A stretch of 40,004 nucleotides of DNA from an uncultured Lachnospiraceae bacterium (lineage in GTDB: Bacteria > Bacillota > Clostridia > Lachnospirales > Lachnospiraceae). The stretch covers positions 1 to 40,004 of the forward strand of contig CAMWXA010000001.1 in assembly GCA_947178035.1 (NCBI GenBank), read 5' to 3'. Below are positions 27,245 to 36,662 of the stretch, piece by piece. The number at the start of each line of letters is the position of its first letter. The first letter of the stretch is position 1. Under the pieces are notes generated by a model. It made no database searches, had not been told where the DNA came from, and saw nothing but the letters and a program-made list of their open reading frames with translations. A program made the position numbers and the translations under genes.

Positions 27245-29665
27245 ATGAAGGAATATTATCGGATACACACAGAGCCTGTGTGCAGGCAGGAAAATATCGT
27301 AGCGGGCGCATGCTACCGCATCAGTGTGCTGACTGCGGGGCTGGTCAGACTGGAATACTCAGAGAAGGGTATCTTTGAGGACAGGCCGACGCAGGTTGTG
27401 TGGAACAGAAATCTGGGCGTGTGCGACTATCGGGTTTCTGATACAGAGGACTTTTTGGAAATCATTACGGACAGGATTCACCTTTATTATAATAAAAAGC
27501 GTTTTTGCGCGGAGGGGCTTTATATAAAAGTCGAGGGCGGATTTCTCAAGGAAGAAAACGTATGGCACTATGGCGACACTGCAAAAACGGATGATGCGCG
27601 TGAGCTGAGAGGAACGACGAGAACACTTGACGGAGTGGACGGCGCTGCCGCGCTTGATGACGGACTGATTTCCTTAAAAGGTTATGCTGTGATGGACGAC
27701 AGCAAATCTCTGGTCATCAGGGAGGACGGGTGGATTGAGGCGCGCAAAGAGCAGGGGGAGGACTTGTATTTCTGGGGATACGGGACAGATTACCTTGCGT
27801 GTATACAGGATTTTTACAGGTTGTGCGGGACAACGCCCATGGTTCCGCGATATGCGCTCGGGAACTGGTGGAGCAGATACCACAAATATACAGAGACAAG
27901 CTATCGGGAACTGATGGAGCGCTTTGCTGCGGAGAAGCTTCCTTTTGCCGTGGCAGTCATAGACATGGACTGGCATCTGGTGGATGTGGAGGAGCAGTAC
28001 GGAAGCGGCTGGACAGGGTACACATGGAACCGCGAACTGTTTCCGGATCCGGCGGGATTTCTGAACTGGCTTCATGAGCGGAAGCTCCATGTTACCCTGA
28101 ACGTGCACCCGGCGGACGGGGTGCGGGCTTACGAGGAGAGGTACGAGGCCATGAGCAGGGCAATGGGAATGAGCGATGCGGACAGGGAGAATCAGCTGCC
28201 GGTTGCTTTTGACGTATCTGACGAAAAGTTTATGGAAGCTTATTTTAGTGTTCTGCATCACCCTCAGGAGGCGGACGGAGTTGACTTCTGGTGGATTGAC
28301 TGGCAGCAGGGAACTGAGTCAAAGGTGGAGGGACTGGACCCTCTTTGGATGCTGAATCACTATCACTTTCTGGACAATGGACGCGGCCGGAAACGCCCTA
28401 TGACATTTTCGAGATACGCAGGACCGGGAAGCCACCGCTATCCGATTGGCTTTTCGGGGGATACGGTGGTTACATGGCAGTCGCTTGATTTCCAGCCTTA
28501 TTTTACGGCGTCGGCGACCAATATCGGCTACGGCATGTGGAGTCATGACATCGGCGGGCATATGCAGGGGGTGAAGGACGATGAGCTCAGCGGGCGCTGG
28601 GTACAGTTCGGCGTCTTTTCCCCGATAATGCGCCTGCACTCGACGGACAGCCGCTTCAATTCCAAAGAGCCGTGGAGATTCAGACCCGAAATACGTGCCG
28701 TGATGGAGGATTTCCTGAGACTGCGCCACAGAATGCTTCCCTATCTGTACACGATGAATTACAGACAGTATGCAGATGGAATCCCTGTAGTCCTGCCCAT
28801 GTATTACGCGTATCCCAATGAGCGCGAAGCATATCAGGTGCCCAATCAGTATCTGTTTGGCAGCGAACTGATGGTGGCGGCAGTCACAACGCCCTGCATC
28901 AAGAGCCTGCGGATGGCGAAGGTGGATGCGTGGATTCCGGAAGGTGAGTGGTATGATATTTTTACCGGTATGCGCTATCGCGGCGGCAGGAGAATGGACT
29001 TATACCGCGATATCACCTCCATTCCGGTGCTGGCGAAGGCCGGGGCTGTGATTCCATTTCAGGAGGACTATATGGAGAGCGCAGACGAGAATCCAAGACA
29101 GCTCCACATCTATGTATACCCGGGAGCGGACGGCACGTTCACGCTGTATGAGGACGACAACAGCACAAACGATTACCAGCAGGAAAAATGTGTCAGGACA
29201 TGCTATCGCTGGCAGGATGAGGAGGGCTGTTTCTTCATCGGCAGGGCAGAGGGTGATACATCGCTGATTCCGGCTGACAGGGACTATATTATTACGTTCT
29301 GCGGCATAAAGGACGCACGGATTGCCGGGAAAGTGTTGTCAGACAACAGCGAATCGGAACTTGCCGTGGAGCGGCAGATGAGCGAAAAGGAAGAGGCGGG
29401 TCAGATGTTCCATGTTGCTATAAAAAATGTTCCAGTGAATGCAAGTGCTGCCCTGTATCTGAGTGAGCGGGTATATACTGGAAACAACGTGGCAGACAGA
29501 TGCTTCCAGTTGTTGGACCGCGCGGAGATCGCATTTGATTTGAAAGAAAATGTGTTTAACACGATCGAGGCGCACACCGGGGACGCAGACTTGTCAGAGC
29601 AGCTGCGGGCAATGGAGCTGGACAGCGACTTGTACGGCGCGTTGGCGGAGATAATTACAGCCTGA
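27245..29665 (+). CDS. GH31 alpha-glucosidase (GH31_u1-like, possibly alpha-1,3-specific)
   Basis: IDMDWH, GWTGYTWN, WWIDWQQG nucleophile, GFSGD acid/base, WSHDIGG, LYEDD; helical C-terminal tail. Confidence 0.88.
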   Translation: MKEYYRIHTEPVCRQENIVAGACYRISVLTAGLVRLEYSEKGIFEDRPTQVVWNRNLGVCDYRVSDTEDFLEIITDRIHLYYNKKRFCAEGLYIKVEGGFLKEENVWHYGDTAKTDDARELRGTTRTLDGVDGAAALDDGLISLKGYAVMDDSKSLVIREDGWIEARKEQGEDLYFWGYGTDYLACIQDFYRLCGTTPMVPRYALGNWWSRYHKYTETSYRELMERFAAEKLPFAVAVIDMDWHLVDVEEQYGSGWTGYTWNRELFPDPAGFLNWLHERKLHVTLNVHPADGVRAYEERYEAMSRAMGMSDADRENQLPVAFDVSDEKFMEAYFSVLHHPQEADGVDFWWIDWQQGTESKVEGLDPLWMLNHYHFLDNGRGRKRPMTFSRYAGPGSHRYPIGFSGDTVVTWQSLDFQPYFTASATNIGYGMWSHDIGGHMQGVKDDELSGRWVQFGVFSPIMRLHSTDSRFNSKEPWRFRPEIRAVMEDFLRLRHRMLPYLYTMNYRQYADGIPVVLPMYYAYPNEREAYQVPNQYLFGSELMVAAVTTPCIKSLRMAKVDAWIPEGEWYDIFTGMRYRGGRRMDLYRDITSIPVLAKAGAVIPFQEDYMESADENPRQLHIYVYPGADGTFTLYEDDNSTNDYQQEKCVRTCYRWQDEEGCFFIGRAEGDTSLIPADRDYIITFCGIKDARIAGKVLSDNSESELAVERQMSEKEEAGQMFHVAIKNVPVNASAALYLSERVYTGNNVADRCFQLLDRAEIAFDLKENVFNTIEAHTGDADLSEQLRAMELDSDLYGALAEIITA

Positions 29666-29691
29666 GAGTTTTTCCCGCTATTTTAGCTTGT

Positions 29692-29904
29692 GCAGACTTC
29701 ATTTTCCACCCGGGACGCAAAAACCTGCCGGGGATAATTCTTGAATTAAAAGCCAATGACACGCCTGAGGCAGCGATTGCCCAGATTAAGAGCAGGGAAT
29801 ATACCGAGAAACTGCGCAAGGAAAATGTGGAAAGGATTCTTGCGGTCGGGCTGAGTTACGACACAGAGAAAAAAGAACACCAGTGTGTTGTCGTTGATAT
29901 ATAG
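29692..29904 (+). pseudogene. PD-(D/E)XK nuclease C-terminal remnant (AAA-ATPase-associated type)
   Basis: Unannotated frame ADFIFHPGRKNLPGIILELKANDTPEAAIAQIKSREY...ILAVGLSYDTEKKEHQC...*. It shows the D...ELK and A..QI...Y pattern and has no start. Confidence 0.8.
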
Positions 29905-29911
29905 GAATGGC

Positions 29912-29945
29912 AAAGAAAGAACGGTTTAATCACCGTTCTTTCTTT
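29912..29945. terminator. Bidirectional terminator
   Basis: AAAGAAAGAACGGT-ttaatc-ACCGTTCTTTCTTT, a 14-bp perfect stem. Confidence 0.82.
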
Positions 29946-29952
29946 ACCGTTA

Positions 29953-32061
29953 TCAGTTTCCGTTTATCTCCAATTCAACACACATCTTACGCACCGTATA
30001 ACGGTAAACGATATAATATACCATACCTATCAAAAGCAGTATTGCCAGACAGACGGCAAGTCCGCTGATCTCGTCGAGGGCAAGTTTTCCGTCATTGCCA
30101 TACATAATCAGCATATACAGGAAATACATAGCACCCATGCCAACCAGTGAAGGAATCTTGAAAACATTGCCAGCCTGGCTGCGCACTTCGCGTTTCAGAA
30201 AGGCAGGAGAGGCTCCCAGACGCCGCAGGTCGTCGAAGACATAGCGGTTGTTTAATGTGATGGTCATACACCGGGTGTAGCTGATGATCAGCGCGGCGAG
30301 CGTACAGATGATGGAGATAAACAGGAACATCATCAGGTATACAGCAAATGTCCGCAGGAAATCATTCTGGTCCATTATGCGGATTTTGGGCATATAGGCC
30401 CAGTAAAGCCGGAAGTCGCTCGCATCGCAGCGGTCATAGTCCAGTTTGGTCATTGTGTCGGTATCGCCCCAGTAGACTTCGCCCGCCTCGTTCGCAGCAA
30501 TTTTTGCAACTCTGTCATAGAAATACCCGTGCTCGCACTCCGGTCCGAAGGACGAAATCAGCGTGTGGAAAAAGTCCTGCGCAAAATCATAGCTGTCTGT
30601 GCCGTCAATGTTGAAAAAGGACATTGTGCCCTGCCAGTCAGGTGTGATGCCGCGCATGATGGTTTCGTAGTCCGCATCGTCGAGAATATAGTATCCCGGG
30701 TCACCGGCGAGAAGATTATAGTGCGTGTACCCTGCAAATTTTACAGGGATCGTATCCCGCGTCACCATATTTGTCAGAAACGTGATATTGGTCGTATAGA
30801 GGTAGTTTTCCGTCTCACTGACGGACGAGACAATGCGGTATTCTCCCGGATTGACAGTGAATTCTTCCCCGGTGAGGGCACGAAAGTCCGATTCCGGGAA
30901 AACATTGAGACTTCCTGCCAGGTCAACATGCTCGTCGTGAAATGACCGGCCTTCCTCGATTTCTACAATGCCATCTCTGCCGAGTATCAGATAAGGAATA
31001 CTGATAAAATCTTTGACAGAAAGTCCATACTCTGAGGCGAGTGCGTCGATTTCATCCTGTCCTGGTATCGTCTGGTCCATGCGGTAGTGATAACAGTAAT
31101 CAAATGTACGTGAGTTTATGTTCATAATCTGTCCGACACCGAGCATGGGAAGATAAAAGATCGCAAAAGCGCTCCCAGCAATCAGCACAGTGCTGACGAG
31201 CAGGTTGTTGACGGTCTGTTTTCCCTGAAATTTCATCATGCTCCTTGCGATAAGATTGCGGTAAGGATTCTTTTTCTGCGAGCGCCAGCCATGCACCACT
31301 GTGTGTAGCATCACCATATAAAGCCCCACAAAGACAGGCGCATAGAAGAGATTCAGCAGAGGAGTTGGATACATGCTGAACAGACGCATGTAGACAACGG
31401 GCGCTATATAGCCGCAGACAGCGCCTGCGAGAATCAGGATAAAGCCGACGGGCCCGCACCAGCTGCCCAGTTTCTTTACGGGTTCATTCTTGTGTTCCTC
31501 ATGTATGATGTCGATAATATTTGTCTTTTTCAGATAACGGTATGCAGTCACACAGGAGAAGGCGACTACAATGACAAAAAAGACTGACGACAGATACAGA
31601 CATCTGAAATCCAGTCTCAGATGCATCTCCGCACTGTCCACGATAAACAGGCGGAAACCATTCCACAGGAGAAATACAAAGGGAATGCCAGCTGCGACGC
31701 CAAGCAGCGAGGAGGTGCCGCTGAGCAGGAGAACTTCCTGGAATAAGCCGGGCGCAAGCCGCTTTCTGGAGGCACCGAGCGCCATGAGCGTGCCAAGCTG
31801 CTTGGATTTCTTGCGGAAAAACAGGCTGGAGGCGTAGATCGTAAAGACCACGCAGCCAAAGAGAGCCAGCACAAAGATTGCGATCATCTGTTTGCGGCTG
31901 TCACCGCCTTCGGGCAGCACCAGAAGTACTGTCGGGGAGAACATCATGGCAGCGTAGGCAGTGATCAGCAGCAGTGATACAAAGTTGCAGAACAGATAAA
32001 GCGCGGCCTGCTTTTGACCGGCCTTGCGTAATTTGTTTTCTAATTGATTCATTGTCATCAT
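29953..32061 (-). CDS. FtsX-like ABC transporter permease (BceB-like architecture)
   Basis: RKKSKQLGTLMALGAS and LRRLGAS FtsX motifs, multiple TM segments and a large extracellular domain. Confidence 0.88.
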   Translation of the reverse strand: MMTMNQLENKLRKAGQKQAALYLFCNFVSLLLITAYAAMMFSPTVLLVLPEGGDSRKQMIAIFVLALFGCVVFTIYASSLFFRKKSKQLGTLMALGASRKRLAPGLFQEVLLLSGTSSLLGVAAGIPFVFLLWNGFRLFIVDSAEMHLRLDFRCLYLSSVFFVIVVAFSCVTAYRYLKKTNIIDIIHEEHKNEPVKKLGSWCGPVGFILILAGAVCGYIAPVVYMRLFSMYPTPLLNLFYAPVFVGLYMVMLHTVVHGWRSQKKNPYRNLIARSMMKFQGKQTVNNLLVSTVLIAGSAFAIFYLPMLGVGQIMNINSRTFDYCYHYRMDQTIPGQDEIDALASEYGLSVKDFISIPYLILGRDGIVEIEEGRSFHDEHVDLAGSLNVFPESDFRALTGEEFTVNPGEYRIVSSVSETENYLYTTNITFLTNMVTRDTIPVKFAGYTHYNLLAGDPGYYILDDADYETIMRGITPDWQGTMSFFNIDGTDSYDFAQDFFHTLISSFGPECEHGYFYDRVAKIAANEAGEVYWGDTDTMTKLDYDRCDASDFRLYWAYMPKIRIMDQNDFLRTFAVYLMMFLFISIICTLAALIISYTRCMTITLNNRYVFDDLRRLGASPAFLKREVRSQAGNVFKIPSLVGMGAMYFLYMLIMYGNDGKLALDEISGLAVCLAILLLIGMVYYIVYRYTVRKMCVELEINGN

Positions 32062-32105
32062 AATTGCGGTTCCTTTCTATCTGAAATGTTTTGCTATTTG
32101 GAATG

Positions 32106-32858
32106 TCACGCTTTGCTCATTTCTTTGATTGCCGTGAGCAGGCGGTCCTGAAAGGCACCCTGGCTCTCTTTCTGGTCCTCAGACTTCCGCAGCGTATTGT
32201 AGACAGTGCCGTCCTTTAGCAAGATCACACGGTCGCAGAACGAGGCGGCGAAGCTGTCGTGTGTCACCATAAAGATCGTAGCGCCCAACTGCTGTCTGGC
32301 ATTTTCAAACGCTTCGATGACAGTGCGGCTCGACTTGCTGTCGAGGTTGCCGGTTGGCTCGTCGGCCAGGATAATCAGCGGTTTGTTGATGAGGCTTCTC
32401 GCCACTGCTGTCCGCTGCCGCTCACCGCCTGAAATCTCGGCGGGGTATTTGTCGGCAATGTGAGAGATACCGAACAAGGCGAGCAGGGAGTCCGCAAGCT
32501 GCTCTGCCTCCGGTTCCACCTTATCCCTGATAATCCTTGGCACAAGGACATTTTCCCGCACAGTCAGTCCGTCGAGCAGCATAAAATCCTGAAAGACAAA
32601 CCCAAGCTTTTCATTGCGGATTTTGGCGAGCGCGTCCTCGTCCAGTCCTTGTAAGTTCTGACCGCCAAGCGAGATCGCTCCCTCCTCAAAAGGAATATAG
32701 CAGGAGATGCAGTTCAGCAAAGTGCTCTTCCCGGAGCCGGAAGGTCCCATCACCGCGACGAACTCCTGCGTGGCGACAGACAGGTCGACGCCCTTTAGCA
32801 CAGCGTAAGACTTGTTTCCCGACTGGTATGATTTGCGCAGATTTTTTACATATAACAT
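32106..32858 (-). CDS. ABC transporter ATP-binding protein (LolD/BceA-like)
   Basis: GPSGSGKST, GFVFQDF, ISGGE, ILADEPTGNLD, VTHD; start reset to MLYVK after GGAGG. Confidence 0.94.
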   Translation of the reverse strand: MLYVKNLRKSYQSGNKSYAVLKGVDLSVATQEFVAVMGPSGSGKSTLLNCISCYIPFEEGAISLGGQNLQGLDEDALAKIRNEKLGFVFQDFMLLDGLTVRENVLVPRIIRDKVEPEAEQLADSLLALFGISHIADKYPAEISGGERQRTAVARSLINKPLIILADEPTGNLDSKSSRTVIEAFENARQQLGATIFMVTHDSFAASFCDRVILLKDGTVYNTLRKSEDQKESQGAFQDRLLTAIKEMSKA

Positions 32859-32954
32859 AATAATCCTCCGTTCTGATAATACACACCCGATTTTTTTATA
32901 CACAAGCTGCTGCTTTCCTGTCTGGTGGTGTGCTTTTTAAGTTCTATAGTTCCT

Positions 32955-33117
32955 AATGAGCATAGCACAATGAAATGCGCCTGAAATTCGCCGTGTCATT
33001 TTTGGCACATTTCCTGTAACGTTTCGCAGGATTCTGAAAATTATGTAACGTTTTGCAGGATTATTGTAACAAATTGCATCATGTTTTCTGCCGCAATGGA
33101 CGAAATCGTGATACAAT
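32955..33117. promoter_or_regulatory. Divergent promoters with candidate LytTR direct-repeat boxes
   Basis: TGTAACGTTT(C/T)GCAGGATT at 33015 and 33044, with weaker boxes at 32994 and 33065, giving two pairs each 21 bp apart. Extended -10 elements TGcTATGCT (minus, about 32958) and TGaTACAAT (plus, 33112). Confidence 0.6.
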
Positions 33118-33226
33118 AAGAGCAATGGATATCGACTTTCAGAACCTGTTACAAGGGAAATGAATAAATATTCGGGCAAAAAGAAGATAATAAAGGGCAA
33201 TGTGTCATGAAGGAATGGTGAAAGCG

Positions 33227-33934
33227 ATGCTGCGGATAGCGATCTGTGACGATTCGGCGGACGCAAGGGATGCACTGCGTCTGCAGCTGGAAAAAATATT
33301 GTGGGAGAATGCGGAGGAGATTGTGTACGAATTTTCAACCGGAGCCGGTGCGGTTCGCTGGCTGGAAAACCACCTCGGGGAGATAGACCTTCTGTTTCTG
33401 GACGTGGAGATGGCAGGAATGAACGGCATGGAGGCGGCGGAGGCTGTCAGGAGATTTGATGCGGAGATAATCATTGTTTTCGTGACGGGATATTCTGATT
33501 ATGTCTTTGACGGTTACAAGGTGAATGCCCTGGACTATATCATCAAACCGGCAAATGCGGAGCGGCTTTTAGAAGTGCTAAAACGCGTGCGCACGCAGCT
33601 TGAAAGAAAGCAAAATGATGTTTATTTTATCAAAAACACAGAGGGAACGTTCCGGTTTCCAGTGGCGTCAATTTGCTATTTTTACAGTGACAAGAGAAAA
33701 GTAGTCTGCGTGTGCGGGGACAAAGAGTATCCTTTTTACGCAAAGCTGGATGAAGTAGAGCAGAAGCTTGCAGGAAAGTTTGTACGGATTCACCAGCGGT
33801 ATCTGGTAAATCCGCAGCAGGTAGAGCAGATCGGGACTGACTATGTGACAGTCGGCGGGGAAAAGCTTCCGGTCAGCAGAGCGCTGAAAGAGGAGGCTGT
33901 AAAGAGTCTGGCAAGAAGAATGCTGCTGCAGTGA
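33227..33934 (+). CDS. LytTR-family response regulator
   Basis: RIAICDD, LFLDVEM, FVTG, YIIKP; LytTR domain FVRIHQRYLVN...LPVSR. Confidence 0.94.
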   Translation: MLRIAICDDSADARDALRLQLEKILWENAEEIVYEFSTGAGAVRWLENHLGEIDLLFLDVEMAGMNGMEAAEAVRRFDAEIIIVFVTGYSDYVFDGYKVNALDYIIKPANAERLLEVLKRVRTQLERKQNDVYFIKNTEGTFRFPVASICYFYSDKRKVVCVCGDKEYPFYAKLDEVEQKLAGKFVRIHQRYLVNPQQVEQIGTDYVTVGGEKLPVSRALKEEAVKSLARRMLLQ

Positions 33935-33970
33935 GAGGTTGTTTTTGAGGACACAGAAGGGAAATTCAAT

Positions 33971-35224
33971 ATGTGGCAAATCTTTATTATATTGGCAGGT
34001 TTCTTTGTGGCGTTGATTTTTTATGCACTGGTATCCTGCCTGATTGAAATTCGAAAAGAGTGGTGGCGGCGCATTCTGCTTCTGATTGGCAGCTGGCTTC
34101 TTATCTTTATGGTTATATTTACAGGGGATCTGGTCAATCTGCCGCCGACGCTGTTGTTTTTTCTGTTCTGTGTCTGGATTGCGTGCCGCGGTTCAGGGCT
34201 GAAGCGGCTGACGGTCGGAATGATGCTTGCCAGCGTCATGTTTGCGCTGAATGCATTGTTTGACAATTGTATCTCCTGTTATTTTCACAGTGTGGCAGAG
34301 AATTATTACCTGTATTATTTTCTATTTCGCGCGTTGTCGGTAATATTGTTGTGTGCGGGCGTTTACAGGCATAGACCAGAGCGGGATTTCGAGCTTTCTC
34401 CGCCGTTGTGGAGGCTGCTGATGATGCTTTGCATACCGCCGATGGGAATTGTGTGTGCGCTGGTTCTGTTCAATAATTATGATTACAGGGGAACAGACTA
34501 TATGCTGATGAATACGATACTGTTTCTGGTAGCAGCGGTTTCTTTTGCGGGGATACTATGGGCGATGCTCACGCTCAACAGGCAGCAGAAACTCGAGCGG
34601 GAAAATGCGCTGGCAGAGCACAATAAAAAGTATTACGAAGCCATGGAACAGCAGCAGTTTGAGATTCGCAGGATCAGGCACGACCTTGCCAATCATCTGC
34701 AGGTACTGCTGTCCCTCCCGGCAGAGGAAAAGGACAGCTACATCCAGAATATGATTGCGAACCCCGCTTTTGAGAAAGTGCTGAACTACTCAGGTGACGC
34801 TACGGTGAACGCGGTGCTGACTGTTAAGGAAAGCCGGATGCGCCAGCGGGATATCACGTTTTATGCGAAAATGGACATCCCAATGGAACTGCCTTTTGAA
34901 AAACCAGATCTCTGTGCGCTGTTTGCCAACGCGCTTGACAATGCGATTGAGGCGTGCGCGGCACTGGATACAGACAAGAGGCAGATTGCACTGACTGCGC
35001 GTGCCGCAAAAGGAATTCTGGCTGTCGAGGTCAAAAATCCGTTTGAGGGAGCGCTGTCTGGCAGTCTGCCCAAAACGACAAAGCAGGATACCCAAAATCA
35101 CGGATACGGACTGCGCAGCATACAGGAAATCGTAAAAAAATACGGCGGAAATATGGAAATCAGGCAGGAAAACGGCTGGTTTTGCCTGTTCTGCTTTGTG
35201 CCGGAACCAAAGCCGCAGATTTGA
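33971..35224 (+). CDS. Membrane-bound GHKL sensor histidine kinase (AgrC/VirS-like)
   Basis: Multi-TM N-terminus; RHDLANH H-box, NALDNAIEA N-box, HGYGL G-box. Confidence 0.93.
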   Translation: MWQIFIILAGFFVALIFYALVSCLIEIRKEWWRRILLLIGSWLLIFMVIFTGDLVNLPPTLLFFLFCVWIACRGSGLKRLTVGMMLASVMFALNALFDNCISCYFHSVAENYYLYYFLFRALSVILLCAGVYRHRPERDFELSPPLWRLLMMLCIPPMGIVCALVLFNNYDYRGTDYMLMNTILFLVAAVSFAGILWAMLTLNRQQKLERENALAEHNKKYYEAMEQQQFEIRRIRHDLANHLQVLLSLPAEEKDSYIQNMIANPAFEKVLNYSGDATVNAVLTVKESRMRQRDITFYAKMDIPMELPFEKPDLCALFANALDNAIEACAALDTDKRQIALTARAAKGILAVEVKNPFEGALSGSLPKTTKQDTQNHGYGLRSIQEIVKKYGGNMEIRQENGWFCLFCFVPEPKPQI

Positions 35225-35488
35225 CAACATGACCAATCACACTAAAGCGTGTTTTTAGTACAAACTGTTAAAAAGATCTTTGCATTGCTCTCAGCAATCG
35301 GAACACAGCAGACAGAGGGATAAGTTGATGATCTGCAACTGCCAGTTGACAGTTTGAAAGGCGGTGATGGTGGTGTCGCAACTGCTGTTTCTGCTATGAT
35401 TGCATCATCAAATATAACTGAGAAATATCACGCGCAGATGAAACAGCATCAAAATGGACGATGCGGAATTTAAAATCAGGAGGATTGT

Positions 35489-36121
35489 ATGATGAATATT
35501 GCGGACAGAATACAGCAGTTGAGGAAAGCGAACGGAATATCGCAGGAGGAGCTTGCGGATCAGATCGGTGTTTCCAGACAGGCAGTGAGCAAGTGGGAGA
35601 GTGGGCAGAGCACGCCCGATATTGAAAAGATTCTTTTGCTGAGTGATTACTTCGGGACGACAACGGACTATCTGCTGAAAGGAACTGAGCTGGTAAAGGA
35701 TACAGAAAACAAGCGGAATGCAATGGTCTTTACGGTGGCAGGGACGATATTAAATGCAATAGGACTTGCCGCTTCCGTAATAATTTGGTTGGAGCGGATG
35801 ACATACTATGCGGCAGGTGTGGGAATTATTATGATGCTATTGGGAACCGGAGTATTTTTATTCGGTCAAACAGTTGACAGTACAGAGAAGGCGAGGGCAA
35901 GATATTACTTTATGCTCCCTAATGTATGGATTCTGCTCTTTATACCAATGTCCTGCTGCTATAATTTCCTGATTAGTCTGCTGGGAGGAGATTTCGGATT
36001 TCCGGAACCGGTTCCTGCGCTGGTGAGTCTCATTTGGACATTTGCGCTTTACTGGGTTCTATATATCACTGTTTGCGCCGGAGTTGATTTCTGGATATAC
36101 AGAGGCAGTCAGGGAAAATAG
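35489..36121 (+). CDS. XRE-family regulator with C-terminal transmembrane domain
   Basis: IADRIQQLRK...SQEELA...VSRQAVSKWESGQSTPD...TDYLLKG followed by about 4 TM helices; AGGAGG RBS. Confidence 0.88.
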   Translation: MMNIADRIQQLRKANGISQEELADQIGVSRQAVSKWESGQSTPDIEKILLLSDYFGTTTDYLLKGTELVKDTENKRNAMVFTVAGTILNAIGLAASVIIWLERMTYYAAGVGIIMMLLGTGVFLFGQTVDSTEKARARYYFMLPNVWILLFIPMSCCYNFLISLLGGDFGFPEPVPALVSLIWTFALYWVLYITVCAGVDFWIYRGSQGK

Positions 36122-36279
36122 TGGTATCGGAATCTGTGCGCCGCATTTCACACACATTCCATATTCTTGTGTTATACTGTAACAATCCACCGCACAGGCA
36201 AGGATGCATGGATTTCTGCCTGCACTCGTGAAGGGCTGGGCAGTTATGGGATTTTTATGGTCAAATGGAGGGATTACAG

Positions 36280-36411
36280 ATGGCAACGCTATTGATAGTC
36301 GAGGACGACAGGACACAGCGCAGTCTGCGCCAGAGATTAGGCGGCAGAGAAAGCGGATGTGGTTATCTCACTCCCTTTTCCGTCAGCTCCCAAATTGTAA
36401 TGACGCAGTGA
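36280..36411 (+). pseudogene. Response-regulator N-terminal remnant
   Basis: GGAGG RBS, then MATLLIVEDD (receiver-domain start); the frame becomes non-homologous afterwards. Confidence 0.5.
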
Positions 36412-36662
36412 TTATTACATTGCTGTTCCGGCGTGAACAGCAATATTTTACCATATCATACATGAAATTTCCCTTTTTATCAATTCCATAAACAGTTCCG
36501 AATAGGTACTATTGTTTTTAGAAGTTGTGTGTAGTTCGTGTGCTGACGATTCGGTAATTGTGGTGAAGAGCTTTGGCAGTACACCAGAGACGATGCAGGA
36601 CAGTGCAAAGTTCGGTTTCAAACAGCTGGAATCAAAAATTGTAAGAGAAAGGGATAGAAGAG

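Noticed and set aside
26118-27311. 397-aa antisense ORF (and similar long antisense ORFs at 10593-11330, 12902-13630, 27674-28261)
   Set aside because: Shadows of well-supported genes on the opposite strand, with no recognisable motifs.
35262-35357. CAAACTGTTAA/TTGACAGTTTG inverted pair as a MITE
   Set aside because: It lacks the GG ends and any target duplication; the right half overlaps GCAACTG-type motifs that are more plausibly XRE operator/promoter sequence.
36512-36660. Possible GH2-like remnant (DSAKFGFKQLE) upstream of GH127
   Set aside because: The similarity is too short to support without a search.
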